Assembly (NCBI GenBank): GCA_977017645.1
Contig: OZ360229.1
Coordinates: 22,816,001 to 22,880,000, forward strand
Direction of reading: 5' to 3'
DNA: 64,000 nucleotides
DNA from: Torpedo marmorata
Lineage: Eukaryota
Both the position numbers and the translations under genes were made by a program. Below are positions 21,633-34,085 of this stretch, piece after piece. The notes below the pieces were generated by a model. The model did not search any database, had not been told where the DNA came from, and saw only the letters and a list, made by a program, of their open reading frames with translations. Positions within the stretch are counted from its first letter, which is position 1. The number at the start of each line of letters is the position of its first letter.

Positions 21633-24600
21633 TTCTGTCTGTACCTTGCAAGAAGCAAACACTGAATCAATAGAAACAAACCAAAATTCACCTCCTTGTC
21701 CAATTTTATTTTGTATACACAGAGTGGTGGGTGCCTGGAATGCATTGCCAGCAGTGGTGGAGGCTGGTAAAATGGGGACATTTTAAAAAAACCCTTAGAT
21801 AGACACATGAATGTATGAAAAATAGAGGGCAATGGGTGAGGTGGGGAAGGATGAGATTGTTGTGGAGAAGGTTTACATAGATCGGCAAAACAGTGGGTTG
21901 AAGGGCCTGTTCTCTGTTCAATGAAACCAGTCACTTTAAGATCAATGTCTCCTGGTCACTAAAATTCACTGGGACCTGGAATACTCTCCCTGAATAGTCC
22001 ATTTCTAGAATGGAATTGGACACAAACTCAAAAACAGGATCATAAGTTAAAAAAAAAAACAAGACTTATGGATTCATCATGACTGCTCTTTAAAAATACC
22101 AGCAAATGCACCATGGGCATTCTGTGCTGCATGCAGTAATGATTTTACAAAAGCCTTTGTGCCTCAACTGAGCTTTGCTTTTTAGAATGAGGAACAAAAT
22201 CTGCAGAGTCATTTGTCTTGACTCCTTAAAAATCACCCCTTTAAGAGAGGAGACAAATCAAATGGAGTCAGAAATGGAGACTATGGAGAGTGTGCATGGC
22301 GAGCCTGGGTGAGAAAACTGAGCACCTTCGATGTTTGTCTATTTGTGGTTAGGTCTATCAAAGCATTAGTGTACAAGTGGAATCAGACTTGTCTGTGGTA
22401 AACTTGCAGACAAGGAATCCAAATTAAATTTCAGTGAAAAATATTAAATAGTAACTCAATACACAAAATTGACTGGCAATGCAAAAAAAAAGTTAAACAT
22501 TGAATAGCTTTTCTATTTATAGCAGCAATAAATCCAGAATCTTTCAATGGGAAGGACTGTTCCATAGGAAATGAGTTAAAAACAAAGATGCTAGGAGAAG
22601 CTGGGAATCAGAACGATTAGAAGGAAAAGTTAACTGGGGATGTTCTAAAATTAATAAAGTATTAGTTGGAATAAAGAACAAGAAATTGTTTCTGCGCTAT
22701 CAGGAGGGTCAATACTCAGGCACATAGGCTGTAGAATTTGAGGAAATCCTTTTATTCTTTCAGCCCTCCCCCATCTTCTCCTGGAGACGATGGTCTTACC
22801 TAGAGTACACTGCATGGATGCTAAGCTCACACTCAAGTGCAGTGTAAAAACTATTTGACCACAGGAAGGTCACAGTTAAGTATAATCCAATATTGTGCAA
22901 CATTTGCATTGTCCATGAAAAACTCCAAGATTGCAAGCATCAAGTTCACTTTGCTTATCCTTTCCCCAAAGGTGAAGGCTGAGTCAGTGTGTTACTTTGC
23001 ACCACTTCAAGGAAACTATGACCAATCAAAGGCAGCCACCGTGCCTGCTGAGTCATGGGGAAAGCAAAACAATCGGGATAAATACTACTTGATTAATTAT
23101 CGTGAAACAGGACTTCAATAATCTCATTTGTTTATACATTTTGCTGCCTTCTGTACTCCAGTATGCATTGCCAAATTACTTGCTGTAAATGCAAGCTCAT
23201 CAGTCATGACAAGTTTTGACTCAGCGAGGACAAAAGGCAGGAGATATTGCTGCACAACAAGACCCACTGCTAATCTACTGTACCAAATTTGTTGGCTCAT
23301 TAGAATGATAATAACAGCCTATTATTTCTCACCCACATTTTTCCGATACTGTCATTCATCTTATTTGAAGCAGGTTAGAATTACGTTGGCTCACTTGCGT
23401 CAGCCAGGGAGTCAGTTGGCAACATTACAGCCTTCAAGATGGAACATCGAGTGAAACAAAATTGTAATGACTCTACAGCAACAGATCAGTATGAGGATGG
23501 CTCTCACCTCAGAAGTACCAGTTTTTGCATCAAACATCTGCATATTTCCAGGGAAACAGAAGAAACTTCCCTGACCAATATCCAATCAATATGGACAAGA
23601 AAGGTTTCATAAGATATAGGACCCCAGAAGTAGACTAGTCGGCCAGTCGAGTCTGCTCCACCATGAGCTGATCCATTCTCCCACTCAGCCTCACTCCCCT
23701 GCCTTATCCCCATAACCTTTGATACCCTGACTATTCAAATAGCTATCAATCTCTGCCTTAAATACACCCAACAACATGGCCTGCTCAGCCACCTGTGGCA
23801 GCAAATTTTGAGTGATACTGGCTGAATGCAGGCAAATGGGACCAGCTTAGGGAGACAACTTGGTTAGTTGGCTGAAGAGCCTGTTTCCATCTTGTAAAAC
23901 TCCATGACTCTTGACTAATCCTTATTAAATAATCATAAAAAGAGATTATGTCATTGTATTCTACAGTATTACAACTCTAATTTCATGGACCAAAATGTAT
24001 TATGGAACCTACTGTTAATGGTGATAGCAAATGCAAATCAGATTCATTTAAAAAGGCATTGCTCTTTTTGGATGTTGCCATGCACAATTTGCTCGTCAAG
24101 CTTGTGACTACTCTTCAGATCTACTTCACCGGCGATAAAGAATTTTATACATTCGAAGATCTGTCAGAATGGAAATCCTTTGAGACTCATCGACAAATGA
24201 GAAGTATGTTGAGACAGGTATCTACAGACCTCTGTATCTTCACTGGGCACATCAATCCGTACTCATACCCCACAATGAATATTTTGCATCTTGGTTAAAA
24301 TGTGCTTGTAAATATCCTAATGCTGTTACTTAGGGGCTTTCATTCAGAAATTGGACCAAGGAATTAAATATTTGGAAATCAAACAACTATGCTCTGTCCA
24401 AATTCACCAGACAGGTGTGTCTGAGGTTTATTCCACTGTTTATCTGGAAAATAAACCAGGTCCAAAATGAAGGAAAGTTATGTGATTGAATGTGATGTTT
24501 AAATTTGGATTACATAAGGGACTTCTTTCAGGCTTTCCAACTCATGACTCACATCTCCCCTGTCTCAATCATCCTTCGTTAATGGGCACCAATGAGATCA

Positions 24601-24798
24601 TTACTTGATTGGCTAAGCAAGAGGAACTTTTAAAGCCCAAGCCAATTTCCACTAAACCTCCAGAAGATTTGACTAAAATCAACAACAATGCTCATTTTAT
24701 TTGGCCCTTTTCAAGAGTTAAAATGTCCCAAATGTTCAAATTATGGAATAAAAATTAGTTTTGAGCCAGAAGAGATCCTAAAACCTTATTTTATTTAC

Positions 24799-24880
24799 TT
24801 ATATATATATATATATATAGATAGATATATAGATATATACACACACACGTATATATATATATATATATATATAGTATATA
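24799..24880. repeat. (TA)n-rich microsatellite
   Basis: Runs of TA interspersed with GA/CA. Confidence 0.9.
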
Positions 24881-24887
24881 TGTGTGT

Positions 24888-25725
24888 TGTTATGGACCAT
24901 GACTGACCATTTGGACTGCGGACGGTCAGCAGGAAGGATGAAGTCTTTTGGAGTACACACTGGGGCCAGGTACTGAAAAAGTTAACTTCCCCAGGACTTG
25001 GTGTACCCAGAGAGAGAGAGAGAGAGAGCAGAGAGAGACAGACTGTGGAAAAGATACATTGTTGCACTTTTGCAAAAAGCAGGGGCAGATCTCTGCAAAG
25101 CAGACAACAGTTGTGAGTTGTAAAGGCTACAGAACACAGCCAAATCCAGGTTTGTGCATAGTCAGAGAAAAGACTGACAAAATAGCACATGGCCTCTTGT
25201 CTCAGAGAAATTCTGAGAAAAAGCAACTTCTGTGGAGAACAGGCGTGAGATCAGCGAGACTAGCTGTGAGATTCAAGCATACGCCTAAATCAGTGGTATA
25301 CTGATCTGGAACTTGCAATCCTTATGAACCTACAAGAAGGGGACGTCATCAGAGAAGAAAACAAGTATTTGTAAGCATAAACAGTCATTGTCTCTCTCCA
25401 ACGTTCATTCAGAAGTACTTCTACCAGACACAGAGTTGAATTGAAGCCTGAACTTAGAGAGTGAATCTTGTGGACTGAATTATTCTTTTTTTTTTTGACT
25501 GACCTGGGGTTTTTGGGGAAAGTTTTTCCATTTTTACATAGGGGTTGGGCACAGACTGTAGTGGTCTGGGCTTTACACACACACACACACACCTTTTAGA
25601 TAAGAATAGAGTTTATAGACGTTTATAGTGGGGTTAATTGTTGTGAAATTATATGTTTACTTGTGTTTAATAAATAATAATTTCAATTTTACCCCTTTTG
25701 CATTGTGTCTTCTGTTGTTGCTGGT
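24888..25725. mobile_element. Possible LTR-like sequence running into the assembly gap
   Basis: Starts tgttatgg, contains (GA)n and (CA)n, and has aataaa near 25669. The other end is not visible. Confidence 0.3.
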
Positions 25726-26020
25726 NNNNNNNNNNNNNNNNNNNNNNNNNNNNNNNNNNNNNNNNNNNNNNNNNNNNNNNNNNNNNNNNNNNNNNNNNNN
25801 NNNNNNNNNNNNNNNNNNNNNNNNNNNNNNNNNNNNNNNNNNNNNNNNNNNNNNNNNNNNNNNNNNNNNNNNNNNNNNNNNNNNNNNNNNNNNNNNNNNN
25901 NNNNNNNNNNNNNNNNNNNNNNNNNNNNNNNNNNNNNNNNNNNNNNNNNNNNNNNNNNNNNNNNNNNNNNNNNNNNNNNNNNNNNNNNNNNNNNNNNNNN
26001 NNNNNNNNNNNNNNNNNNNN
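25726..26020. other. Assembly gap (N run)
   Basis: Continuous n characters. Confidence 1.
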
Positions 26021-26803
26021 GCAAAGAAAAAGAAATTGCTAAGCAACATCTTAAAAATGAGGTTGGAGAGAAAGTTGAAGGAGAGACGTGCATTGTTTGA
26101 GACCTAAACCATCCAATGGAAGCAAAACCCCCAAAGAGTCCAGTGCAAACAGTATTTTGTGCTTTTAGTACAAACAGTTTCTTCACCTCTCCAAAGTTCT
26201 CTGCCATCTTCTGGCAGGTTTGCACCTTGTGATCAAGCATTCTCACAGAGCCACAGAGAGATATATTGTGGAAATGCCCTTCCGCCCATCTTGTTCACAC
26301 CAACTCTCAACCATCTATTTACATTAATTCTACATGAATTACTTGCTGTATTCTCCCCACATTCTTATCAACTTTTCTCCTTCCACCCCTCAGATTCCAC
26401 CACTCACCTACTTACTAGGGGCGATTACCAAGGAACCTACCAACCTATGTATCCTTAGGATATGGGAGTGTACCAGAGAACTGGAAGGAAGCCCAGACTG
26501 TCACTGGGAGAATGTGCAATTCCCACACGGACAGCAGAGGTCAGGATTGAACCTGAGTGTTTTGCACCATGAAGCAGCAGCTCTAACAGCTGCATTACTG
26601 TGCCACATATCTCTATCTACTTCACAAACTGTTATGTGCTACAGGATATCCAGTAATCATAAGACATTTTATTTCTGTCAGTCTTTTCTCTAATACCTCA
26701 ATTAGGATGTCACTCTTTAATGACATGGTTGGAAACTGAACTGGGGCAGTAGAGTTGTATGCTTGCAGGGAATTTGAACTACAGCTGATCCCAATCTCAG
26801 ATC

Positions 26804-27037
26804 AAGGTAAAGGTTCCATTATTGTCACGTAATACTACATTTAGAATGTAACATACATGAAATTCTTTAATTTTTGTCTACCGTAAGGCAGACAGAGAGT
26901 CGCTACTTTGTCCAGTGCCCCTCACAGAAACCTACAGCACCTGATGTTCCTTGGCGGTCTCCCCTCCAAGTACTGACCAGTCCTGTGCCTGCTTAGCTTC
27001 TGAGATCAGACAATCCCAGTTGTATTCAGGCTATTGG
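26804..27037 (-). mobile_element. 5S rRNA-derived SINE, second and more complete copy
   Basis: The reverse complement is near-identical to 18616-18815. It has the same 5' start (ccaatagcctgaataca) and the tail gtgacaataatggaacctttacctt. Confidence 0.85.
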
Positions 27038-28339
27038 TGCCATAAAAAAGGCAGTCCTTCCAAATGGAAAGCTATGTTCTCTTTCACCTCAACAGGATAG
27101 AGGCCAATCGCAGAGCCATAACTGACCAATACAACTAAGTTTGCCAAATCATGTTGGGAATCTTCCCAGAAGTTGTTTCCCATGAACTCACTACATTGTG
27201 TCAACAGGATGAACTGGTGTCTCCCCATGGCCAAATGGAAAGAGAAGTTGCCAAGTGCATTATTCTAACTTTCCTAGATATCGTTCCACTTTCCAAAATT
27301 TGTTCAGTGAGAAAATAACTCTCCAATCCACTTTCAGAAGTGTCCTGGGGAAACTAATCTTCAATTTCATCTCCTGAAGACTTCAGGACTTAATGAAGGG
27401 CTTTAGTTCAAAACATCAACAGTTCTTTTTCTCCCACTGATACTGCTCGACTTGTTGAGTTCCTCCAGCAGATATTGTTGAGCTTCAGATTCCAGCATCT
27501 GCGGTCTCCTGTGTGTCTCGAGGACCGTACTGGAAGGTTTGCAACTCTGGTGATTATCCATCGAAGCAAACACCAAAATGGACCCTGAGCCTTTCCTGTA
27601 TACCCATCAGCCAGTGAGATTTCTTCTTTAAATTCAGATGTAATCCCCAACATCCCTACCTTTTTCCTGAACAATCTATGTGATGTACAATTAGAAGCAA
27701 TCGGCAGCTACTCTAAACCTGGTTACAACCCTGCAGGCGAAGCAGATTAAAGGCAAATGTAAATGCACAGAAATAATTCAGTCAACAATCAAAGTTCAAG
27801 GACCATGCATTCAATCCCTATTTTTATATTTCTATTCTAAATGCCTAAAATCTCACCTATAATGTAAACGTGCACACTCCAACTAAAAGCAGCACTGCAA
27901 CACCAGTGCAGATGTAATTAACCCTGACAAATTTCCAAGGACAGACACAGTATAAATGTGGACATAGGAATTTATAATGAAAGTAGTTCAGTGAGTATAT
28001 ACCCAAGATTTTTAAACATAGTCCAGTTCTCAGCTTGAGGATATATTTTTACATTCCTGTCGCTCTTAAACATTTTGTAATTCTCATGCAGGAACAAAGA
28101 TATGGGTGGTTTTTCAACTCTCCATCATATACTTAGTATTTCCATTCCAATGATTGTCAGCTGGAAATTCAGCTAACAGTGACTCTTCTTAATCTTAATT
28201 TCTTCCGACATGTGTGCATTACCAACAGGAATCATTTGAGAATTAACGGCATATTTCATGAGAAATTTCATCACAAGTCTTTAAGATGGCTGGACATTTC
28301 AATTACTGCCCTGGCAATGTTCAGCACAGACTTAAACTT

Positions 28340-28456
28340 TTAAATTTAAATTAAATTAAATTTTAATTTTTAAATTTAGACATACAGCACGGTAACAGGC
28401 CATTTCGGCCCACGAGTTTGTGCCGCCCAATTTACACCCAATTAACCTACAGCCCC
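28340..28456 (-). mobile_element. 3' part of an HE1/V-SINE-like element
   Basis: Near-identical to 54515-54618, with an AT-rich tail. Confidence 0.75.
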
Positions 28457-28614
28457 GGAAGGAACTTACTTGGAAGGAACAATTGGATCTTACTTGGTTC
28501 CATTCCATGAGTTGGTGGTTAAAATCCCCTCAGAGCAAACAGGGAAATTCAGCAAGAGTTCTGCTGCACACCACAGAAATTCCCTGAGTTACCATGGAAT
28601 ACAGTTACACAAGA

Positions 28615-29195
28615 AATATTGTGAACAGTTTTGGACTCCATATCTAAGGAAGAATGTGTTGGCAATGGAGAGGATCCAGAGGAGGTTTACAAGGATGATC
28701 CCTGGAGTGAAAAGGTTTTCATATGAGGAGTGTTTGAAGTCTCTGGGATTGTACTCACTGGAGTTTACAAGAATGCGGGGATGGGGGGGGGGGTAATCTC
28801 ATTGAAACCTGTCGAATACTGAAAGGCCTAGATAGAGTGGATGTGGAGAGATGTTTCCAATGGTAGGGGAGTATGGGACTAGAGGGCACACCCTCAGAAT
28901 ACTCAAACGTCCCTTGAGAACAGAGATGCGGAGGAATTTCTTTACCTCGAGGGCGGTGAATCTGTGGAATTCATTGCCGCGGGCAGGTGTGGTGGCCAAG
29001 TCATTGGGGATACTTAAGGCGAGGGTAGATACGATCAGGAAGGGAATCAAGTGCTAATGGGGAGAAGGCAGGAAAATGGGATTGAAAAGGATAGCAAATC
29101 AGCCATGACGAAATGGCGGGGCAGACTGGGTGGGCGAAATGGCTGGGCAGACTGGGTGGGCCAAATGAACTGGCTCTGCTCCTATATCTTATGGT
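28615..29195 (+). mobile_element. CR1 LINE 3' fragment
   Basis: Encodes YCEQFWTPYLRKNVLAMERIQRRFTRMIPG and TRGHTL...RRNFFTSRAVNLWNSLP. Confidence 0.85.
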
Positions 29196-30548
29196 CTTTT
29201 GTCGATCACAATTTTCAAGCCCTCTGGTCACATCAAAACACTTTACATCCAATTAGGCCCTTCCTAGAAGTGTGGTTATTAAAAACAGCTTCAATTATAT
29301 TAGAAGGCAATGCCTTCTCCATCTGCAAGTTCCACTCCAGGTCACACACTCTCCTGCCGATAAAATTGCTTCCTGTCACTGGGTCAAAATAGTGGAACTT
29401 CCTGGCCAAAAACACTGTGTAATTCACATATAATGGCAACCATTCAATATTTCTAGTTAAGACTTCCAATGGGCAATTAATACAGGGATTGCTCTTCTTT
29501 GAGAGATAAGGCTTTCAAGCACACTTAATCCACTTTGACTACAAAATGCTCCATTACACTAAACCTGTTTTTATTCTCCACACATCGGCCCACAACTCCG
29601 CCCGCATTCTACAACTTGCGTGGACAGTGGGGGCAATTTGCAGTCAATTACCCTGCCAACAATCTGCACGTCTTTGGGATGTGGGATGAAACTGGACCAT
29701 CTGAGGGAACCCAGGCAAAAACTAGATAGTGCCCAGACTCGAGTCAGCACCAAAGATCAGGGTCGAGTCTGGGTCACCACAGCTGCGAGAGGCAGCAGAC
29801 TGAACTGGGATGTCTGCCTCATCTGGTGCAGAGATGAACTGCCTGGGTTCGATTCCCAAAAGTACAATTGATTTTCACACTGGTGAACCACGTAGTTTTT
29901 TTTGGGTCAAATACTTAAGATAAGAGGGGGGAACAATCTCCAGTCGTGGCAACGGCGTGTGGGATGTGTAGGGGGAGCAGAGAGAGTGGGAGACGGAGGG
30001 GACCTACATTTAGGGGTTATGTCCAGAACTTCACACCAAAGGTTGTGTTGGAAACCTGTGTCTCCTCGCGTTCTCTGCTCTCATGCGATTAAGAAAACAG
30101 TTGAGAGACCGGGGAAATACATTGAACATTTCAAAATAAATACCATTTTTGTGATAATACAAAAAAAATAAATCGATTGGGATGACTTTCCCCACTGTCA
30201 CTTGTTTATAGGCAAGGCGAGGTTTGGGAAAGCCTCTCGTTAAAGGGAGGACAAAACTGAAGCCGCTTTCGATCACCTTTCTGCAATTCTCCCCGACCGC
30301 AGCTAAACCAAAGTTCCCCGAGACGGGCACCTGCTCAACAAAACGCTTCGACTTTAGACAGCGGCTTGTTCCCCCTTCACTTGGCCCGAGGAGAAGGAAA
30401 GAGCGAATAGTCCAGAATAACCAAATAATTTCAGGACCAAACTATTTTTTTTTTAAAAAAACCTCAACAAGAAGGGATCGCGAGTAGAATTTGCAATACT
30501 TTGAAGTTTAACTGTACAAAAGGCCCGCTTTGCTGCTTTTCTGCGCAC

Positions 30549-30674
30549 CTCCTCCAAAGCAGTCACCGTGTTCCTGCAGTTTGTCATTTTCGATGTAAAG
30601 TTGGAAGTGATCGGCGAGTTGATGTCTTCCAAAGTCTCGCTCACAAACTCGGAGATGCTGATTTGTTCCGGCAT
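30549..30674 (-). CDS. asap3: First coding exon of an ASAP-family Arf-GAP (BAR-PH-ArfGAP-ankyrin), most like ASAP3
   Basis: Encodes MPEQISISEFVSETLEDINSPITSNFTSKMTNCRNTVTALEE, which matches the ASAP N-terminus (MPDQISVSEF...CRNTV.A.EE). It is 42 codons long and ends at a phase-0 donor GAG|GTGCGC. Paralog assignment is by recall only. Confidence 0.85.
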
Positions 30675-30900
30675 CCTAACTTCAAAAACAAAAGTCCAAC
30701 CGAGGTGCAATCGTCCTGCTTGCCGATAACAGGCAACTGAGCAAGGCAAACGGCGAATTCAGCCAGTCAATTTCAGCCGCAGGATTACTTCGGAGCGAAC
30801 TCCTCACCAGAGTCACGTGGAGTCGAGTCGGATACAATTTCAAGCAACATTGGTGCGGCGCTGGAGGGGGGGGGGGGCAAGAGTGGAACGTTCTCCCTGT
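30675..30900 (-). promoter_or_regulatory. Probable 5' UTR and promoter of the ASAP gene
   Basis: CpG-enriched, non-repetitive region from about 30150 to 30920. Contains an E-box CACGTG at 30814-30819, CCAAT on the minus strand at 30849-30853, and a G-tract near 30866-30877. Confidence 0.55.
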
Positions 30901-31035
30901 TGTTCACACGGGGTTCCTTTCTGTTCAGCATCGGAGCAGACTTTTCAGTGATGAACTCCCTTTTAACTCTTGTAGAACACTATCCATTTTTATAACTACG
31001 GGAAATGCTGATAACACAGAGCAGGTCAGATTGCA

Positions 31036-31223
31036 AAAGTAAACACGAAAATCTGTGGACACCGTGGTTGAAGTAAAAAACACAAGCTGGAGAACTCAGC
31101 AGGTCAAACAGTGTCTTTTATGTAGCAAAGGTAGAAATACAAAAACGACGTTTTTGTATTTCTACCTTTGCTACATAAAAGACACTGTTTGACCTGCTGA
31201 GTTCTCCAGCTTTTGTGTTTTTT
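31036..31223. mobile_element. Fold-back (palindromic) Penelope terminal fragment with TSD
   Basis: 13-bp TSD aggtcagattgca at 31023-31035 and 31224-31236. Perfect 64-bp inverted arms at 31084-31147 and 31149-31212. The sequence matches 18166-18280. Confidence 0.88.
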
Positions 31224-31509
31224 AGGTCAGATTGCATCTGTGGAAAGAGAAACACGTTGAACGTTTCACGTCCTGGGCCGCCTTCTAAATATTTTGTTTT
31301 TCTTTCAGATTTCCTGCATCTGCAGTTTGTTACATCTCAGGTTTTTTTATATATATTTATATATCGCTTTCCAGTGTTTCTTTCCTGTACATTTTCTTAA
31401 AGTCGTTCATTTTGGGATGTAGTTCTCCCGGAGAGGGTCGGAGTGAACTCCTTTCCTGAGTTGAGTGCTGGTTCGGATTATCGTTTCGCGGGAGGAAACT
31501 GTACTCCGT

Positions 31510-32402
31510 GTCCCTTTCACACTGGCAACCCACTAAATAGGCGAGTAAACGACCCGGGTTGCAGTACCGGGTGAGCCGTTCACACTGGACCATGAATTCC
31601 CAGGTTCATGTGGATATCTTGGATCTAAGGGGGGGCCCCAACCTCCAGTGGTGACGTCCCGAGTGACGTATTACGTACTGGCAGGGCAGTGAAATCGTAG
31701 CGGGAATAAAGCACATATGCGCTCAATGTATAAAAGAGCGTGGGGAAAAACGTGTACAATTTAATAAAACATATACGCCCAATGTATAAAAGACCGTGGG
31801 GATAAAACACGCACAATTTAATGAGACATGCACGCTCAATGTGTAAAAGACCGTGGGAAAATCTACTGCAGTGGGCTTCAGACTGTTCAAACTTGGGAAC
31901 TGAGAGGACATTGGGCTGAGCACTAATGCTAGTTCTGTGATCATACTGGGTAAAGAAGAAGAACCGAGCACTTACATTGTATTAGGTATTATGTAACCTT
32001 GAGATGATTTAACACACAGGTACGCGCTGACAGCCCTGGCGGTCGCCCTGTGACAGCTCCACCGGCCGTGCGCTGACAGCCCCGCCGGCCTCTCTGTGAC
32101 AACCCTGTGAAATATAACTGCACTGATATTAAAACTACCAGACTGACGCACACACGCAGGCACTGACATCACTAATGGTACCCGGTAGAGCCGGTTGCCC
32201 ATTCACATTGCAGTCTACCAGGTAACAAGTCAAATCCGAGTTAACTCGGCCAGGCTCTGATGCAACCCCCTACCAAGTATCAGAGCCCGGTTGATTTTTA
32301 CCCCCCCTGCCCGGTTGGGAGCGTTCACACTGCCAGGTGACCCACTAAATACCCACTAAATTGCCCGGTTCAACCCACGTTATTTGGCAGTGTGAAAGGG
32401 GC
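31510..32402. mobile_element. Non-autonomous DNA transposon (PIF/Harbinger-like MITE), copy 1
   Basis: TIRs ccctttcacactggca and tggcagtgtgaaagggg, with subterminal ttcacactg repeats. About 56-bp internal tandem units at 31720-31860. Homologous to 58001-58808 in opposite orientation. Confidence 0.7.
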
Positions 32403-33339
32403 TGTGTGGTTACTGGATACTGTCCGGCAGTAGAACAGCCTTGCACCTCTTGCCCTTCTGCACCGCTGTCACCTTACGGCTGCATTTCAGTTAACGGTCA
32501 CTAACCGAACTGAGAACCTGCTAACTCAGCACAGGGGAGCAGGAAGGTGAGATTTGCACAACATGGCACCACACAAGACAGTGTCATTAAACAGCCGGCC
32601 ACCAGGAGAGCTGACAAGGAAGCAGAACGTAAGAGCGACTGAGCTCATTGACAATTGCCCCCACAATGATAATTTCTCAGGATCTTGCCGAGAGAGCTTA
32701 GCGTTCTGCCCCGATTGTTTCCTGTTTCATTTAATTGTATTTGTTTTGTTTTAGAGCTGATTGATCTCCTCTGTTCTGTTTAGTATGGAAAAAACAAATG
32801 AAATGGCAGCAACTATCTGAAACAAAAGCAGAGAACACAGCAAGAACCCAGGCAGTCATGCAGCGTCTGTGGAAAGAGAAATCAGTAAACGTTTCGGGGC
32901 AGTGACACCTCCTCAGAATTAGAGAAAGAATGGAGTTTTCAAAGCAGAGCTGGGGAGGAGCGGTTTAAGACAAATAAAAGATGAGTCTTGACTGTTTGCG
33001 CAGCCTTTTAAAGATAGGGATGAAGATAGAAAATGATGCGAGAGCAGTTTACTGAAGTTGAACATTTCAATGTTCATTCCAGAAGTTTGCAAAGTGCCCA
33101 GATAGAAGAAAGTATTGTTCCTCTAGTTTACCATAAGACATAGGAGCAAAAATAGGTTATTCAGCCCATCAAGTCTACTCCACCATTTACATGTCTAATT
33201 GGGCATCACCAAGGTAGTGGAGGACGTTTTAGACAGATGGATTGGAATAGGTGGGATTGAGGATAAAAGGGCCATGCAGCAGGTAGGTCAAGATCACTTG
33301 TGCAGAATGATCACAGTGTTCCACAAAATGATCACCCAA

Positions 33340-34085
33340 TCTGCATTTCTTTATTCCAGTGCAGAGGAGGCAACATTATGAACAGCCTGTTGGTGCACAA
33401 CTTCCCAGTCTTGAACCTTCTCCCAATAGGAGGAATGAGAAGAGAGTGTGTCCAGGGTGGGATGGATCCTTCTGTATTTTCTGCTGCCTTTCCCAGGCAG
33501 CTGGTGTAGTGCCAAGATCCCAAAGTTTGAGGATGAGCATTCTGGGGACCATGGCATTGAAGATGGAGTCAATGAACAGTAGTCAATGAACAGTGGTCTG
33601 ACATGAGTATCCTTGGTAACCAGATGTTCCACGATCAGGGAGAAAGCCAGGGAGATGGCATCTGCCATGGTCTGGTTTGGGCAGTAGGCAAATTGAAGTG
33701 GGTCAAGGCTGGCTGGGAAGCCAGAGTTGATGTGAACCATGACGAGCATCTCAAAATAATTCATGGTGGTGGATTATCATGTTTTTCTTCAGTACTAGTA
33801 TAATGGTGGCCTTCTTGAAACAGATGAGAGCTACAGCCCGTTGCAGGGAGAATTGACAGTTTACGTGAATACGCCTACCAGCTGATCTGCGCAGGCTCTC
33901 AGGTCACGTCCAGGGATTCTGTCTGGGCTGGTCGCTTTCCATGGGTTTACTCTCCAGACGGCTGACTTGACTTCAGCAGCAGTGACCTTGGGTTCAGAAG
34001 GAAATGAAGAAGTTGAGGTGGATGTTGCTGACTCACTGACTCTGCTCAAAGCAAGCATGGAATTAAGCTCATCAGGGAGTTATGT
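33340..34085 (-). mobile_element. Degenerate Rex1/Babar LINE
   Basis: Encodes VNPWKATSPDRIPGRDLRACADQLVGVFT and LDPLQFAY...DAISLA...LFIDY. Confidence 0.8.

Noticed and set aside
23500-23570. Possible ASAP exon 2 (a minus-strand donor-like GAG|GTGAG is present)
   Set aside because: The translation does not resemble the ASAP BAR-domain sequence expected after ...ALEE.
25628-26246. ORFs of 114-185 aa spanning this region
   Set aside because: They are artefacts of translating the N gap.
30453-30749. 98-aa ORF as a complete protein
   Set aside because: Only the 42 codons from ATG 30674 to the splice donor are ASAP-like; the rest is UTR and intron read-through.
31720-31860. ~56-bp periodic repeats
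   Set aside because: These are tandem units internal to a MITE, also present in the second copy; this is not a repeat-spacer array.
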